Shown one piece after another: positions 25,420-37,329 of a DNA stretch of 64,000 nt. Each line of letters starts with the position of its first letter. The stretch's first letter is position 1. Below the pieces are notes generated by a model. The model was not told where the DNA came from. It worked only from the letters and a program-made list of their open reading frames with translations, and searched no databases. Position numbers and translations under genes: made by a program. The stretch comes from Squalus acanthias (taxonomy: Eukaryota), in contig CM059432.1 in the NCBI GenBank assembly GCA_030390025.1, forward strand, positions 150,042,001 to 150,106,000. The letters are read 5' to 3'.

Positions 25420-26072
25420 TCCCTAACCTAGATTTAGCACCCTGAAAAAGTTAGCGCCCTCGTGCCGCAGATTCAGTAGTAGCGCCCCAAGCAGGAGGCG
25501 GGGCGCTACTGGAAGCGCGCCACCTCCTTCTTGGGGCGCTACTACTCAATATCGTGGCGTTACGTGCAGCAGTGCCATGCGCGGTGGCACATAGCGCCGC
25601 ATCATTACAGGCCTCCCACCCCTGATTAAAGGGGAGGGGCCTAGTGTTGCAGCGCACCGGGGCCCTGCTGGACCATCGGGGAGCGGGGTGCCGTGGAAAC
25701 AGCCCGGCACTCAAGAGGAGCGCCGGGCTGAGCGATCGCGGCCGGCACCCCGTATACAAAAGCGAAAGGGGGGCAGTTGCTGGCAGTCGGCCAAAATAAA
25801 AATGACCTGCCCTTTAAATAGCGGCACTGCCTACTACCGCCGCTGACAAACCGCCCCCTGACCCTGTTGGTCCCATCGCCCGGCGATAGTTCAGGGGGCG
25901 CAAGGGAAGTTTGCGGCCGGGGCGCTGTGCACAGCGATGATGTCATCATTGCAGGCGTAGCGGGGCGCTACTGGCTACCGCCGGCACTAACCTCCCACTG
26001 AATTTCACGGGAGACGTTAGCGGCGCCACGCCCAGGCTCTAGGGCATCACAAAGCAACCCAATTTCTCGCCT
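25420..26072. mobile_element. GC-rich Harbinger-type MITE
   Basis: Collinear with 39070-39800; ends AAAGCAACCCAATTTCTCGCC. Confidence 0.8.
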
Positions 26073-26859
26073 TAATTAGAACTAAACTAAGCTTTTCTAG
26101 ATACCACAATCACAAACAAACTCTCTGCCAAAAACCTTTGCAAAATGATTTTCTTTGCAGAAGAGACAATCCAATGGTCTGCAGTTGGTCATGTAGAGCA
26201 CAGCCAAGATTCAGAGCCTTGATTGACCCTCCATGGCCTCGTGACTGTATGTTTACACCAGTGAGATGAAGACAACATTGGAGCACTGTGGTTGAGGGAA
26301 TGCTGTCTATGGGGCACAGCAGGTCAACGCTGAATAGTGGCGGTGTGGGGATGGAGAGATATTCTTAGCAATCTTTGAGAATTGTTGAGTATTTATGAAA
26401 ACCTTTCCTCGGGATATGAAATGGTTGGGGTAGTGTCTGTGATTGGGCAGATTGAACATGACCTATGGAAGGAGCAAGTTTTCACTTGTCCCTGGCTTTC
26501 TTATGATCTCCCATTTTTGCTGGTGATGAGGTCATTATGGATCACATTCCAGAGTGAACTTGGTGGCTCAGATACCCTGAATGCTGGCATTACAGCTGTA
26601 TTTAAAATCACGCCCAGTGTTGCACCATATGGTAAGAAGTCCTCAAGACCAGAAAGGTGCCAAGTTAGTTGTGATCGCTAGAACAGATGGTCATGGCACT
26701 ATGATTACCCCCGTGTCCTTCTGCTGGAATGGGGACTAAGCTGAGCACTCTCGATGTTAGGCTGACACATAAGAAATGGCCACTTAGGCAAGGTTCTCGA
26801 GAGCTACCGGACTATTCACGAAGACTTCCAATTTCCAACTCCAAAACACTTTCTGCCTC

Positions 26860-27330
26860 TACCTCAGGCCATCTGCTGCTGAAACCCTCATCTGTACCGT
26901 TGCCACCACCAAACCTGGCTCTTCCAATGATCTCCTAGCCAGTCTGTCTTCTTTCACCCTCTGTTAACTTCAGCTCATCCAAATCTCTGCTGCCCGTATC
27001 CTATCTTGCACCAAGTCCCGCTCACTCATCAGCCCTGTCCTTGCTGAAAACTCTTGGTTACCCAAAGCCTCAAATTTAAATTTCTTATCCTTGCATTTAA
27101 ATCCCTTCATGGCCTTGCCCCCTCTCTATTTCTTTAACCTCCCTTGCACTACAAATCCCTCCCCGAACTCTCCATTCTTCTAGCTTCAGCCTCTGTGCAA
27201 CCTTCCTCTCTTTGTCCCACCATTGGCAACTGTGCTCTCAACCATCTAGGCCCTATGCTTTGGAATTCACTCCTGAAATCCCTCCAACTCACGCTCCTCG
27301 TTGGAGACGCTTCTTAAAAGCAACCTCTTT
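26860..27330 (+). mobile_element. Degenerate L2 3' fragment
   Basis: CAGCTCATCCAAATCTCTGCTGCCCG...TTTAAATCCCTTCATGGCCTTGCCCC...TGGAATTC; homologous to 58290-59130. Confidence 0.8.
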
Positions 27331-28396
27331 CTTCTAGATAACTTTTAAATACACACAGTGGAATCAAAAACCCACAGCCCTTCCAGCACACTCCTGTCAT
27401 AAAATTAGGAAAAATTAGGCCGTGATCCCAATTTGCAGGGTCCCGGCTTTACATTGGGGATTTTAGGGGCCTTGTGAAGGGTGGAACCTCTGTTGACCCC
27501 CCTTACAAAACCAGCAGCGAGGGAGAGGGCGGGAACTGCCAAATACTAGGAATTCCCATATCCTCAACCTTACAGGGATCTGGCGTATTATTGGCTGTAT
27601 TCCAAACAATGTATTCCAGCCCCACCTGGAGGTGAAGGCCAGCATTGTGGCCTAGACTCCTGAAAGTATTGCTTCACACTCAGAATACTCCACTTTCTTT
27701 CATCTGCTGCGTGTTTTACACACACTAATGTTATTTGAAGGAATTATTTTCTAATCTTGAGGGGGCGGGGGTTGTAATCAGCCTCACATTTCATTCAATC
27801 CATTGTTACCAGACAAACGCATTGTGTAATAATGTATTTTCAAGAGTAGGTAACAAAGTAATTGCATTGGAGCCCTCCCTTCGGTCTTGTCGCGATCTGT
27901 CGGGTAAATTGTGCTGTGTTAGACATGACAGCAAAACAAATACTTAGAAAATCCTCCCTTTATGACATCTCTCATTTTAGTGGGATAAGAGAAACAAAGA
28001 AACAGCGGGATTAAGATTCTCAGTGTTAATAAGGAGATAATGCGAAGCTCTTGTACAAATGGCTTCGCACGTGATTCCTGTAATAGGCTGCATCTCTAAC
28101 TAGCAATTAACAGTTCCTCACATCACTCTGCTCTGACCCTTTAAGCACCGAGTTTCACTTGAACCGTTCAACCTTTTAGTTAAGCTCTCGGAACCTGATT
28201 TTCTGCACACTTGCACTGCAGAATATTAGTCACTGCAAATGTGTTAACCTTTTCATTTCATTCAAACAAGTGACAGTGCACCAATTAAAAAAATGGGACT
28301 GGTATGTTCATCCCCATTCTCAAAATGCCTTGTATTTCCTTCCTTTTCTCCAGGTCTCCCCTGGTCACACATCACTCTGCTGTCAAGATCATTATA

Positions 28397-29008
28397 TAAG
28401 AACATAAGAATTAGGAGCAGGAGTCGTCCATACGGCCCCTCGAGCCTGCTCCGCCATTCAACAAGATCATGGCTGATCATTGACCTCAAATCCACTTTCC
28501 TGCCCGATCTCCATATCCCTTGATTCCCCTAGAGTCCAAAAATCTATCGATCTCAGCCTTGAATATACTCAAAGACTCAGCATGCACAGCCCTCTGGGGC
28601 AGAGAATTCCTAAGATTCACAACCCTCTGAGTGAAGAAATTCCACCTAATCTCAGTCTTAAATGGCCTACCCCTTATCCTGAGACTATGCCCCCTAGTTC
28701 TAGACTCTCCAGCCAGGGGAAACAACCTCTCAGCATCTACCCTGTCAATCCCCTCAGAATCTTGTATGTTTCAATGAGATCACCTCTCATTCTTCTAAAC
28801 TCCAGAGAGTATAGGCCCAATCTGCTCAATCTGACATCATAGGACAGCCCTCTCATCCCAGGAATCAGTCTAGTGAAACTTCATTGCACCGCCTGCAAGG
28901 CAAGTATATCCTTCCTCAGATAAGGAGACCAAAACTGTGCACAGTACTCCAGGTGTGGCCTCACCAAGGCCCTGTACAATTGTAGCAAGACTTCCTTACT
29001 CTTATACT
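28397..29008 (-). mobile_element. CR1/HER1 LINE 3' fragment
   Basis: MFPLAGESRTRGHSLRIRGRPF (ORF 28486..28725); 3' stem-loop and TTCTTATG tail. Confidence 0.93.
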
Positions 29009-29149
29009 CTTATTATTATCTGCATTATCAGTCTGTCAGATGAGATGTTAAATGAGTCCTCACCTGCCTGTTCAGGTGGATGTAAAAAAATTCCAAAGCA
29101 CTATTTGAAGAAGAACAGGTAATTACGTCAGGTTCTGAACAACTCTCCA

Positions 29150-30650
29150 TTTCTTTCAATAGGTGACAGCTGCAAAAGTGGTTTAAAACCTGCCATTTTA
29201 CAGCTGCTCACTTTCCAATCTCAGAAGCTTCAGCCTTCAGTATTTAGAACCCACTTTTGAGCTTTATGCACTTCTAAAGTGTTTGGAGTAATCTCTCTAT
29301 CCACTGTCACCTCCTTGGAACAACCTGTCTCAACATTGATAGATTGCTTCTGTCATCTCAACCTCACCTGCCATCTATTCCATCAGCATCGGTGCCCTTG
29401 AAAAAATCTCACCTTGGTCCTCAGAATCCCACCACGATCAGCCCCAACACCAGCATCACCGGGCACACCAGCAGCACCAACATCCACACCAACCTTCTCC
29501 GCAATCAACTGATGCTGCACAGGACACAGGGCATCATCACCTGTGCACATTGCTGCCCGGGATGCCAGCGATGGCCTCACCAAGTCCAGATTAGCTTCAC
29601 TTAACACTGTACACCCTGGCTGCCACATGATACACCAGGTTGGCACCACCCCACACCAGCACCATAAAGCATCCCTACAATGTCCAACCCATTCCTTTCA
29701 CACTCATCATCATTGTGGGGGTGAGGGGGTGGTGGTGGTTGGGGGGATACCGTTATGTCTCACTACTCACTACAACTCACTAAGCCACTTCCAAAGGTGC
29801 ACACAAATCTGTCCAAGAACACAAAGTGTTCAAAATAAAGATTTCAATGTTTGACAGCACATTAACAGAAACTTCAAATGAACATTGGCTAAACCACCCT
29901 AGTGCCTACCCTTGTGTACTGTTAGTTGGTATGAATGCACTAGGATGAGGGTGAGTGTGAGGGGTGGCTAGTGAGATGGGGAAGTGATAATGTAGGTAGA
30001 GAGGGATGGGTGGAGGTGCAAGGTAAGTTGGTGTGAGTAAGGATGTGCAGGAGTAGGGTAGGGAAGGCAGAGTGATGGGGATGTGATGAGTGGCACAGCA
30101 GAATGAGGTTGAGTGTGGCTTTGCAGTAACGTTTTGTGATCTACTGAGATGATTGAAAGGTTTGCGCCACTGCAGCCTGGTCCTCCTGACGACGTCCCTG
30201 CTTGTGTCCTCCTGTGCAATGTGCAACCAGGCTGCGTTGGTCTCCTGGGGAGGTCTTTTCCGCCCATTGGAAGGGAAGAGAACCTCCCTGTTTGCTGTGA
30301 CTCCCTCCATCAGCATATGGAGGGAGTCATGGGAGAGCCTGGGTGCAGCCCTGTGCCTCTGTGCAGTGGTGGTCAGTGTTTGCAGCACCTCAATGCTGTA
30401 GAACACTGACAGCACAAATGTCAAAATGAATTTGGACATGGTCCCTTTAAGGAAACTAGCTGATGACATGTCATCAAATTACATCATCAGACCCGCTTCC
30501 TATTAATTGGTCGGGAACCTCGCAGGGCGAGCTTAACAAGGCCCATCATTGGAATATCTTGTTGGAAGCCAGGAACGAGACATATGCAAGGTCCCCACAT
30601 GCCACCGACGTCGCCCGCCCCGGACCCGCCATGGTTTGAAAAATCCAGCC
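29150..30650 (-). mobile_element. Harbinger remnant carrying a Myb/SANT-like ORF fragment (~30125-30400)
   Basis: RAAPRLSHDSLHMLMEGVTANREVLFPSNGRKRP..AWLHIAQE..RTRLQWRKPFNHL; terminus AAAAATCCAGCCC at 30650; left boundary uncertain. Confidence 0.75.
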
Positions 30651-31232
30651 CTTTGTGTCTCAGTGAGGATTCTTCAATCTGGTTGGTTCAAGAGCCTCGC
30701 TGTTACTTGTCCTGCTCACACACGCTACAGATCCCCTGTAAAGACAATCATGCAAAACGTACACTGGAAATGATCTCTAGGAACCAATAAGTTGCCGCTG
30801 AAAAGCCCATGAAAAGTCTGCGGGCAGCTGTAAACATAGTGAACAGTGAGCGTCGTTCCTTCACCGCTGACCGCAAAATCCGGGCCTACAACCCCATCAG
30901 GTTTGTCCCTGTCGGAGAAATGGGTAATGGTCCGCAGGATGTTTTTTTTGGTTTTGACACCAGATTCCGCAATTGTTGTTCACTCTATGATTTGACTGGT
31001 GATGTAAGCCTTCTGCTTAGTCCAAACTAAACTCGCTGTAAGTTATCCCAGCTGGAACAGTGAATTGCAGTGGCAGGTGACCCGAGGACTGGAAACATCT
31101 CCAGTAGCTTCTCCCATAAAATGTCAGCGCCGAAATTGAAAGATGCCACGCCTGGCGAGGAGTCTCACTCAACTGGAACATATGTGAGAAGTCGCACAAC
31201 ACCAGGTTATAGTCCAACAGCTTTATTTGAAA

Positions 31233-31269
31233 TCACAAGCTTTCGGAGCGCTGCTCCTTTGTCAGGTGA
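31233..31269 (-). ncRNA. Hammerhead motif (family A), core mutated CUGACGA>CUGACAA
   Basis: Minus strand TCAC CTGACAA A GGAGC-AGC-GCTCC GAAA GCTT GTGA. Confidence 0.65.
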
Positions 31270-31435
31270 AGTGAAGAGATGCATATAGTCACAGCATATA
31301 TAGTCAGAGAACACTGCCAGATGATTACAGTTAATCTTTCTAACTGCCCTTTATCACACCTCGGCAGAGAGATAATCACGGCAATCAAAGGTGTGGATGG
31401 TGTCCAAATGCTGTGCCTATATGCATCTCTTCACT

Positions 31436-31473
31436 TCACCTGACGAAGGAGCAGTCGCTCCGAAAGCTTGTGA
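31436..31473 (+). ncRNA. Minimal hammerhead ribozyme motif (family A)
   Basis: TCAC CTGACGA A GGAGC-AGTC-GCTCC GAAA GC TT GTGA. Confidence 0.82.
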
Positions 31474-31569
31474 TTTCAAATAAAGCTGTTGGACTATAAC
31501 CTGGTGTTGTGCGACTTCTCACATTTGTCCACCCCAGTCCAACACCGGCATCTCCGCATCATGACTGGA

Positions 31570-31950
31570 ACATAGGAATTACTAGACGGAAAAGACCACG
31601 GTCCATCTAGCTCGCTTTCTACCATCTCGGGATTCACATGTTACAACGATAATGAAGATGTTGACTAATCATGGCAATCAGACTCTGTCAATTAGTCTAC
31701 AACAGACCCAGAAATGACACGAGGAAACCCCCAGTGCTGGAGAGCTTTGGGAATCAGGGATCAAAAGTCACCTGTTCCTCCCAAGCCTGCTACACTCACC
31801 ATGAGTCATGTCTCGTATTACTCATATACTGTATCACAAAATATTTTTTCTGAAAGAAATCTACCTAATTTGCATTCAAATGATTCAATACCAACTGCTT
31901 CCATAATCTCCCGAGGGAGCCTGTTCCATAGATTGACCACTTGTTCACTG
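31570..31950 (-). mobile_element. Old CR1-like 3' end
   Basis: AACATAGGAATTACTAGACGGAAAAGACC..GGTCCATCTAG tail; CTGTTCCATAGATTGACCAC (VVNLWN on the minus strand). Confidence 0.6.
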
Positions 31951-32469
31951 AAATAGATGTAATTGGCTGGAAAATCAGGGGCACAACAAATCAGGCACTT
32001 AGTTCCACTGCTGATTCTCCGACTTGCCCAGGGAGACTCCTCACCAATAATGGAATCTCACGTTTCGGGGGTTTGGTGTATAAGTGACTCTCTGATATCT
32101 CGAATAAATAAAAACATATGTGCAGAATGCCATTTATTCTCAGCTTTTCCAGTAATTGTAAAGCCGCGGTGAACAAATGAGAGACTCGACAAATTCACTT
32201 CAAAATGCTGTGACTGTCAAGCACCAACAATATTCGATTAATGCTTCAGACCCGTACAGGTCTTGGACCACCAGTTCTAATCACAGTGCCATTACCTTCG
32301 GGATCAGATATATTTCAGACACCATAAAAACCAAGGGATTCTCTCAATCTCCCACCATAGGATCAGAACAAACCCTGTAAAAATGGCGTAAACGGCTAGT
32401 TTACACCATTTCCCTGGGGTTTCCACCGATTTCCCATCAAAGTTACAGTGGAAAATCGTGAGAAATTCT

Positions 32470-33218
32470 GTGGAAATTTTACCCCAGGGCCAGGTGCTGC
32501 AAATAGGACTATGGTAAATTCCCAAGGGCTGCGTAGGTGGGGGTGGGGGGGTGGAGTTTCTGTCGGGGAACCTGGAAACTCAGGTTTCCCCACATGCTGT
32601 GGAATTTTGAATCCACAGCGAACGTAGTTTTGCTTTGACAGGTTCCCCGCCTGGAAGTCAGCTTGATTGACAGGCTTGGCTTCCAGTTGGGCGGAAAGCA
32701 CACTGAAGAAGTCGCAGCCGCGGGTAAGTCGCCTGCTGCTACTAGTGTGAGCATGGGGGGAGGGTCTGATCCCCAACCCTGGGGGAGTCAGATCCCCGAC
32801 TCTGGGGGGGTTTATCCGATCTCCAACCCCAGGGGGGTCCGATCCCCGACCAGGAGGGGATGTATGGGGGGCGGGGTCTGATGCTGGGGGAGCTTGGGAG
32901 GTCGAGGGGAAGCACTTACCTTCTCCCCGAAGCTGTCTTCACCTCCCTTCAGCTGCTGGGTTTCCCGAGGCCTGGGAAACTCAGCCAGCCAGGGTTAAAC
33001 CTGCAAAGCAGCTTAAATCAGAGGCTGCCAGTCCCACTAAATATTTAATTTGCCAACCCTCCTCCTGGGAGCGGGTATGTTGCCTGCCCCTTGTCCCACC
33101 TCCGTTAAACCTGGAAGTGGGAAGGTTGGAGGAGGGTTGGGTCGGGTTTGTGATTTTAAAAGTTTAAACATCTCACCCGACCCCAACCCACCCATTTTTG
33201 AGGCTTAAGATTCAACCC
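32470..33218. mobile_element. Harbinger-type MITE
   Basis: Right end TTAAGATTCAACCC; internal sequence is the reverse complement of segments in the 42430 and 59251 MITEs. Confidence 0.6.
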
Positions 33219-33644
33219 ACTAAGTCAGAAGGTTGTGGGTTCAACCCCATTCTAGGACTTGAGCACGAAATCTAGGCTGACATTTTAGTGAGGGATACTG
33301 AGGGGGTTCTCTATTTTCAGAACTGGTACCTTTTGAAAATCATGACTACTTTCGTCTCTGATCCACCTTCCCATCACACTACACTCCCACCAGGAGCGCT
33401 GACTTCTAAAACTTACCTTTTTCTTAGATATATTCTGGATTTGTATTGCTCATTTGTTATACTATAAATCTATCTATATTATTCATTTCTTTATAAATGG
33501 GAAAGACATTTTCAATTATCCCTCCCACCCCATTTTATAACCCATCTCCTTTAATACCCTGGTAAGACATTTTTGAAGTGTGTTATTTTAGGCCAGGACG
33601 GAACAGTTGAATCTGCTCCACAGGCTCTTTATCACTGTCATGTC

Positions 33645-33805
33645 ATTCATTGGTACAATCTCATGGTTACCAAGGACCGACGAGCAGGGGTTACAGCAGG
33701 CCAATGACAGATGAGAGCTTTTCCAGTCACATTGTTCCCATTCACCAATCACAGTACAATGATGGTGAGTTACCATGGAAACAGTCCAGTGGTTACCAGG
33801 GACCA
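33645..33805. promoter_or_regulatory. Candidate RFX X-box/CCAAT regulatory module
   Basis: GTTACCATGGAAAC at 33769-33782; GTTACCAAGGACC (~33666); GTTACCAGGGACC (~33792); CCAAT at ~33702 and ~33745; unique sequence. Confidence 0.45.
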
Positions 33806-34417
33806 AGTAGTTAATACAGTATGACTTGCCTGAACTAAATATATCTGTTAATTTAGTAATAAATGGGAGGAAAATGCTAAACATTCTCTTCGCAATTTAT
33901 GATCCTAGAAACACATTTATGAAGGGAATTCTTTTTGCAGAGCAAGACCATTACTCCTTAGCCTGGCACTCAGTCCTGTCAATCAAACTCAGAATAACGG
34001 GGTGGTTAAGTGATTATTTGTAGCTAATGAGATTGCTAGAAAGGGACATTTACAGGATGATTGCATAAACATCACGGCTAATGAGAGTGCTGAGAAACAC
34101 ATACGCCAGTGTTTTTATGACAGCCAAGTCCTTCTCCCATGGGGGGGGGGGGGGGTAGAAATTGGTCATCGTTGCATCTATTTTAAAGATAGAAAACAAA
34201 GGCAAACCAAACCAATTTCGCACAGCTGTACCCTGCACCCACAAGGACACCTGAAAATCCTCCGACATCTCATTGACCGTGGACGATGTTCAAGCATCCA
34301 GGGGCAGCCACCTTGCATATGTTAATGAGGGGCCTAACGGCCATTTTAGGACACCTCTGAGAAATTGGGCTGCCTCCAAAAAGGTAAGTTGTAATTTTTT
34401 TTTAAATGTGGCTCCAC

Positions 34418-34607
34418 AGCACTCCTGACAGTCGCTGTCCTTCCCCACCCACCTCGGCACTCCTGACAGTCGCTATCCTTCCCCACCCACCTCGGCACTC
34501 CTGACAGCCGCTGCCCTTCCCCACCCACCTCAGCACTCCTGACAGCCGCTATCCTTCCCCACCCACCTCGGCACTCCTGACAGCCGCTATCCTTCCCCAC
34601 CCACCTC
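34418..34607. repeat. Tandem repeat, 38 bp x 5
   Basis: GGCACTCCTGACAG[C/T]CGCT[A/G]TCCTTCCCCACCCACCTC. Confidence 0.95.
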
Positions 34608-34644
34608 GACACTAACCCTAGAGCCACTGCCGACGAGCCAAGCA

Positions 34645-35601
34645 TCTTCCCTTCCCTTCCTCGACTTCTCTGTCTCCATCTCTGGGGATAGGTTATTGAC
34701 CAACATTCACTACAAGCCCACTGACTCCCACAGCTACCTGGACTACACTTCCTCCCACCCCGCCTCCTGTAAGGACTCTATTCCCTTCTCCCAGTTTCTC
34801 CGTCTCCGCCGCATCTGCTCTGACGATGCCACCTTCCATACCAGTGCTTCCGACATGTCTTCCTTTTTCCTCAACCGAAGATTCCCCTCTACCGTGGTCG
34901 ACACGGCCCTCGACCGTGTCCGTTTTATCTCCCGCACTTCTGCCCTCACCCCGGCCCCTCCCTCCCGGAACCACGATAGAGTTCCCCTTGTCCTCACCTT
35001 TCACCCCACCAGCCTCCACATTCAACGGATCATCCTCCGCCATTTCCGCCACCTCCAACGTGATCCCACCACCAAACGTATCTTCCCCTCACCTCCCCTT
35101 TCAGCATTCCGTAGGGACCGCTCCCTCCGAGACACCCTAGTCCACTCCTCTATCACCCCCAGCACCCCTTCCCCCTCGCCCGGCACCTTCCCGTGCAAGC
35201 GCAGGAGATGCAACACCTGCCCTTATACATCCCCCCTTCCCACTCTCCAGGGCCCCAAACACCCCTTCCAGGTGAAACGGCGATTTACTTGTACTTCTTG
35301 CAATCTAGTATACTGCATTCGCTGCTCACGATGTGGTCTCCTCTACATTGGGGAGACCAAACGCAGATTGGGTGACCGCTTTGCTGAACACCTCCGTTCA
35401 GTCCGTAAGGGTGACCCCGAGCTTCCGGTCGCCTGTCATTTTAATTCACCTCTCCACGCCCACTCAGACCTCACCGTCCTCGGCCTCTTGCATTGTTCCA
35501 CGGAAGCTCAGCATAAGCTCGAGGAACAGCACCTCATCTTCCGATTAGGCACTTTACAGCCCTCTGGACTCAACATAGAGTTCAACAATTTCAGATCATA
35601 A
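34645..35601 (+). CDS. Penelope-like retroelement ORF, 5'-truncated: RT thumb plus GIY-YIG endonuclease, uninterrupted
   Basis: LPFLD...YKPTDSHSYLDYTSSHP...SIPFSQFLRLRRICS; CKRRRCNTC; NLVYCIRCSRCGLLYIGETKRRLGDRFAEH; GLN. Confidence 0.93.
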   Translation, partial: SSLPFLDFSVSISGDRLLTNIHYKPTDSHSYLDYTSSHPASCKDSIPFSQFLRLRRICSDDATFHTSASDMSSFFLNRRFPSTVVDTALDRVRFISRTSALTPAPPSRNHDRVPLVLTFHPTSLHIQRIILRHFRHLQRDPTTKRIFPSPPLSAFRRDRSLRDTLVHSSITPSTPSPSPGTFPCKRRRCNTCPYTSPLPTLQGPKHPFQVKRRFTCTSCNLVYCIRCSRCGLLYIGETKRRLGDRFAEHLRSVRKGDPELPVACHFNSPLHAHSDLTVLGLLHCSTEAQHKLEEQHLIFRLGTLQPSGLNIEFNNFRS

Positions 35602-35893
35602 CCTCGGCCCCTACCACTTATGTATATATATATTTTATCCACCCTTTTGGTTTGTGCCTTTTCCCTTTTTTCTTCTCTCTCCCCCCACAGCAGCTGTCTC
35701 TCATTCTGCCAGCATTTCACATTTCACACTTCTGAGCCACCTTTTGTTTCTTAACCTGTCCTATTACCATCTCGTCTTGCCTTGAGCATCTCTTAATGTC
35801 TCTACTTACGATAGACCACCCCTTTTGTTCTTTTATTCCTCCCCCCAGCCTCCCCCTTGCTTTTTTATCTGTTTCATTTCCTGCTTTTTTCTC

Positions 35894-35930
35894 AGCTCTG
35901 ACAAAGGGTTTTCGACCTGAAACGTTAACT
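35894..35930 (+). ncRNA. Hammerhead motif (family B) in the Penelope 3' repeat, core mutated
   Basis: AGCT CTGACAA A GGGTT-TTC-GACCT GAAA CG TT AACT, ~290 nt after the ORF stop. Confidence 0.65.
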
Positions 35931-37329
35931 CAGTTTCTCTCTCCACGGATGTTGCCTGGCCTGCTGAGTTTTTCCAGCGTTTTCTGTTGTAGCCCAAAAT
36001 TAATTCCTGCAGAAGGGTAAGTTGCGTGCGGAAGCACGACAGACGCTGGCAGCTTGCCCAGATTGCTCAGATGCAGCCCAATTTCACGCCTCACGGTTCG
36101 GGTGTGTGTCGCGACCGTATCGCTGCTTTTGTGATTGAAACTGGGCGGCAGCGAATTTCTACCACACAGCATCAAGATCAGGCAAAATGCAGTTGGAGGG
36201 TGTAGGAATAATTCAGTCCTCATTTAAATTCCCTCAGGGCTTCCCCCACTTCACCACTGTAACTTTGGTCGAAGTTTGGAGGAAACCCCATTGAAACATC
36301 TAAATGAAGCTTTCGCCAAAGTTACCACAGGAGAAGCAGTGAGGCGATAAATTCTACTCTTATTTTTATATAGTACTTCAATATTGCACCAGAATTTGCT
36401 GACAAAATAAAATAACAATGAATATAATGTGCACACCGTTATTAATGTGTAAATTGTCCAGCATTTTGTGGGGACAAAGAGATACCCCGTCAATTGTGAA
36501 TCGCCACAAGTTGCTGGGCGATTTGCACCACTCAGCCATTAGCCTCGCGAAGATGACAGCTTGCCACAACCTCTCCGTGAGTTTCAAGGAATTGCAGCAT
36601 TTGCATATTAATTACCAATTAAACTTGCCGCTGAAAGTTAGGGCTGGTAACATTTTAATAATGAGATGGTACGTAACATTTTAATGATGAGATTTATGAA
36701 TCTGCAAAGCCGCTCAAACTGTCCAGTCTAGAAAGGCACCAATTGAAGCTGTGGAGTTTCATTCCTGCAGGTGGTGAATTGTTGTTAGAGATTAAAATTT
36801 AAATGTTTACTTTTTTTTCTTACTTTTCCTTTCTGTCTTTTTTCTCTCTCTTTTAATCAATCTTTGTTTCCCTCTCTTTATTCCTCTTTCTGTATCTAAT
36901 TTGACTCCAATTCACCCTATTTCCGTCTCTGTCGTTCCTCTGTTTCTTTCTCAATCTTAAATCTCATTGGTTAAGGAGAAAGACTGTTCGTCCCATCATT
37001 GCATTGCAAGTTGCTGGAAGTGCGAGCTGATAACGGATCAACGGGGTGTTTCAGGTGACTGCCTAAAATAGATATTAGGCCCCTTGCATTTGTTCATTAG
37101 GGGCCTAACGCCTGTTGAAAGGACCCCTGTGCCATATTGGACTGCTCTTAATGGAGCAGGCAGGTTGAATGGTTAGCTCCTCATAGATATGTGCTACCTG
37201 CTCAAAGCATGGCTTAAGACACTGCCACGTAATCCTGGTATCCTCTCCTAGCAAAAAACTACAACAAAGCACATTCAAAAGCACACGGGCCAGAACATAA
37301 GCAGTCTCAAACAACAGATCCGGTGCTTA

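Larger units (their letters stand above)
31183..31563. mobile_element. Non-autonomous fold-back Penelope-like element with 11-bp TSD
   Basis: ACTGGAACATA at 31172-31182 and 31564-31574; inverted arms 31183-31297 and 31408-31523. Confidence 0.9.

Noticed and set aside
27353..27373. V(D)J recombination-signal-like CACAGTG followed by CAAAAACC
   Set aside because: Spacing is only ~3 nt rather than 12 or 23; no V/J segments nearby
29906..30469. Host NAIF1/MSANTD-like gene
   Set aside because: Degenerate Myb motif next to a Harbinger TIR; better explained as a transposon remnant
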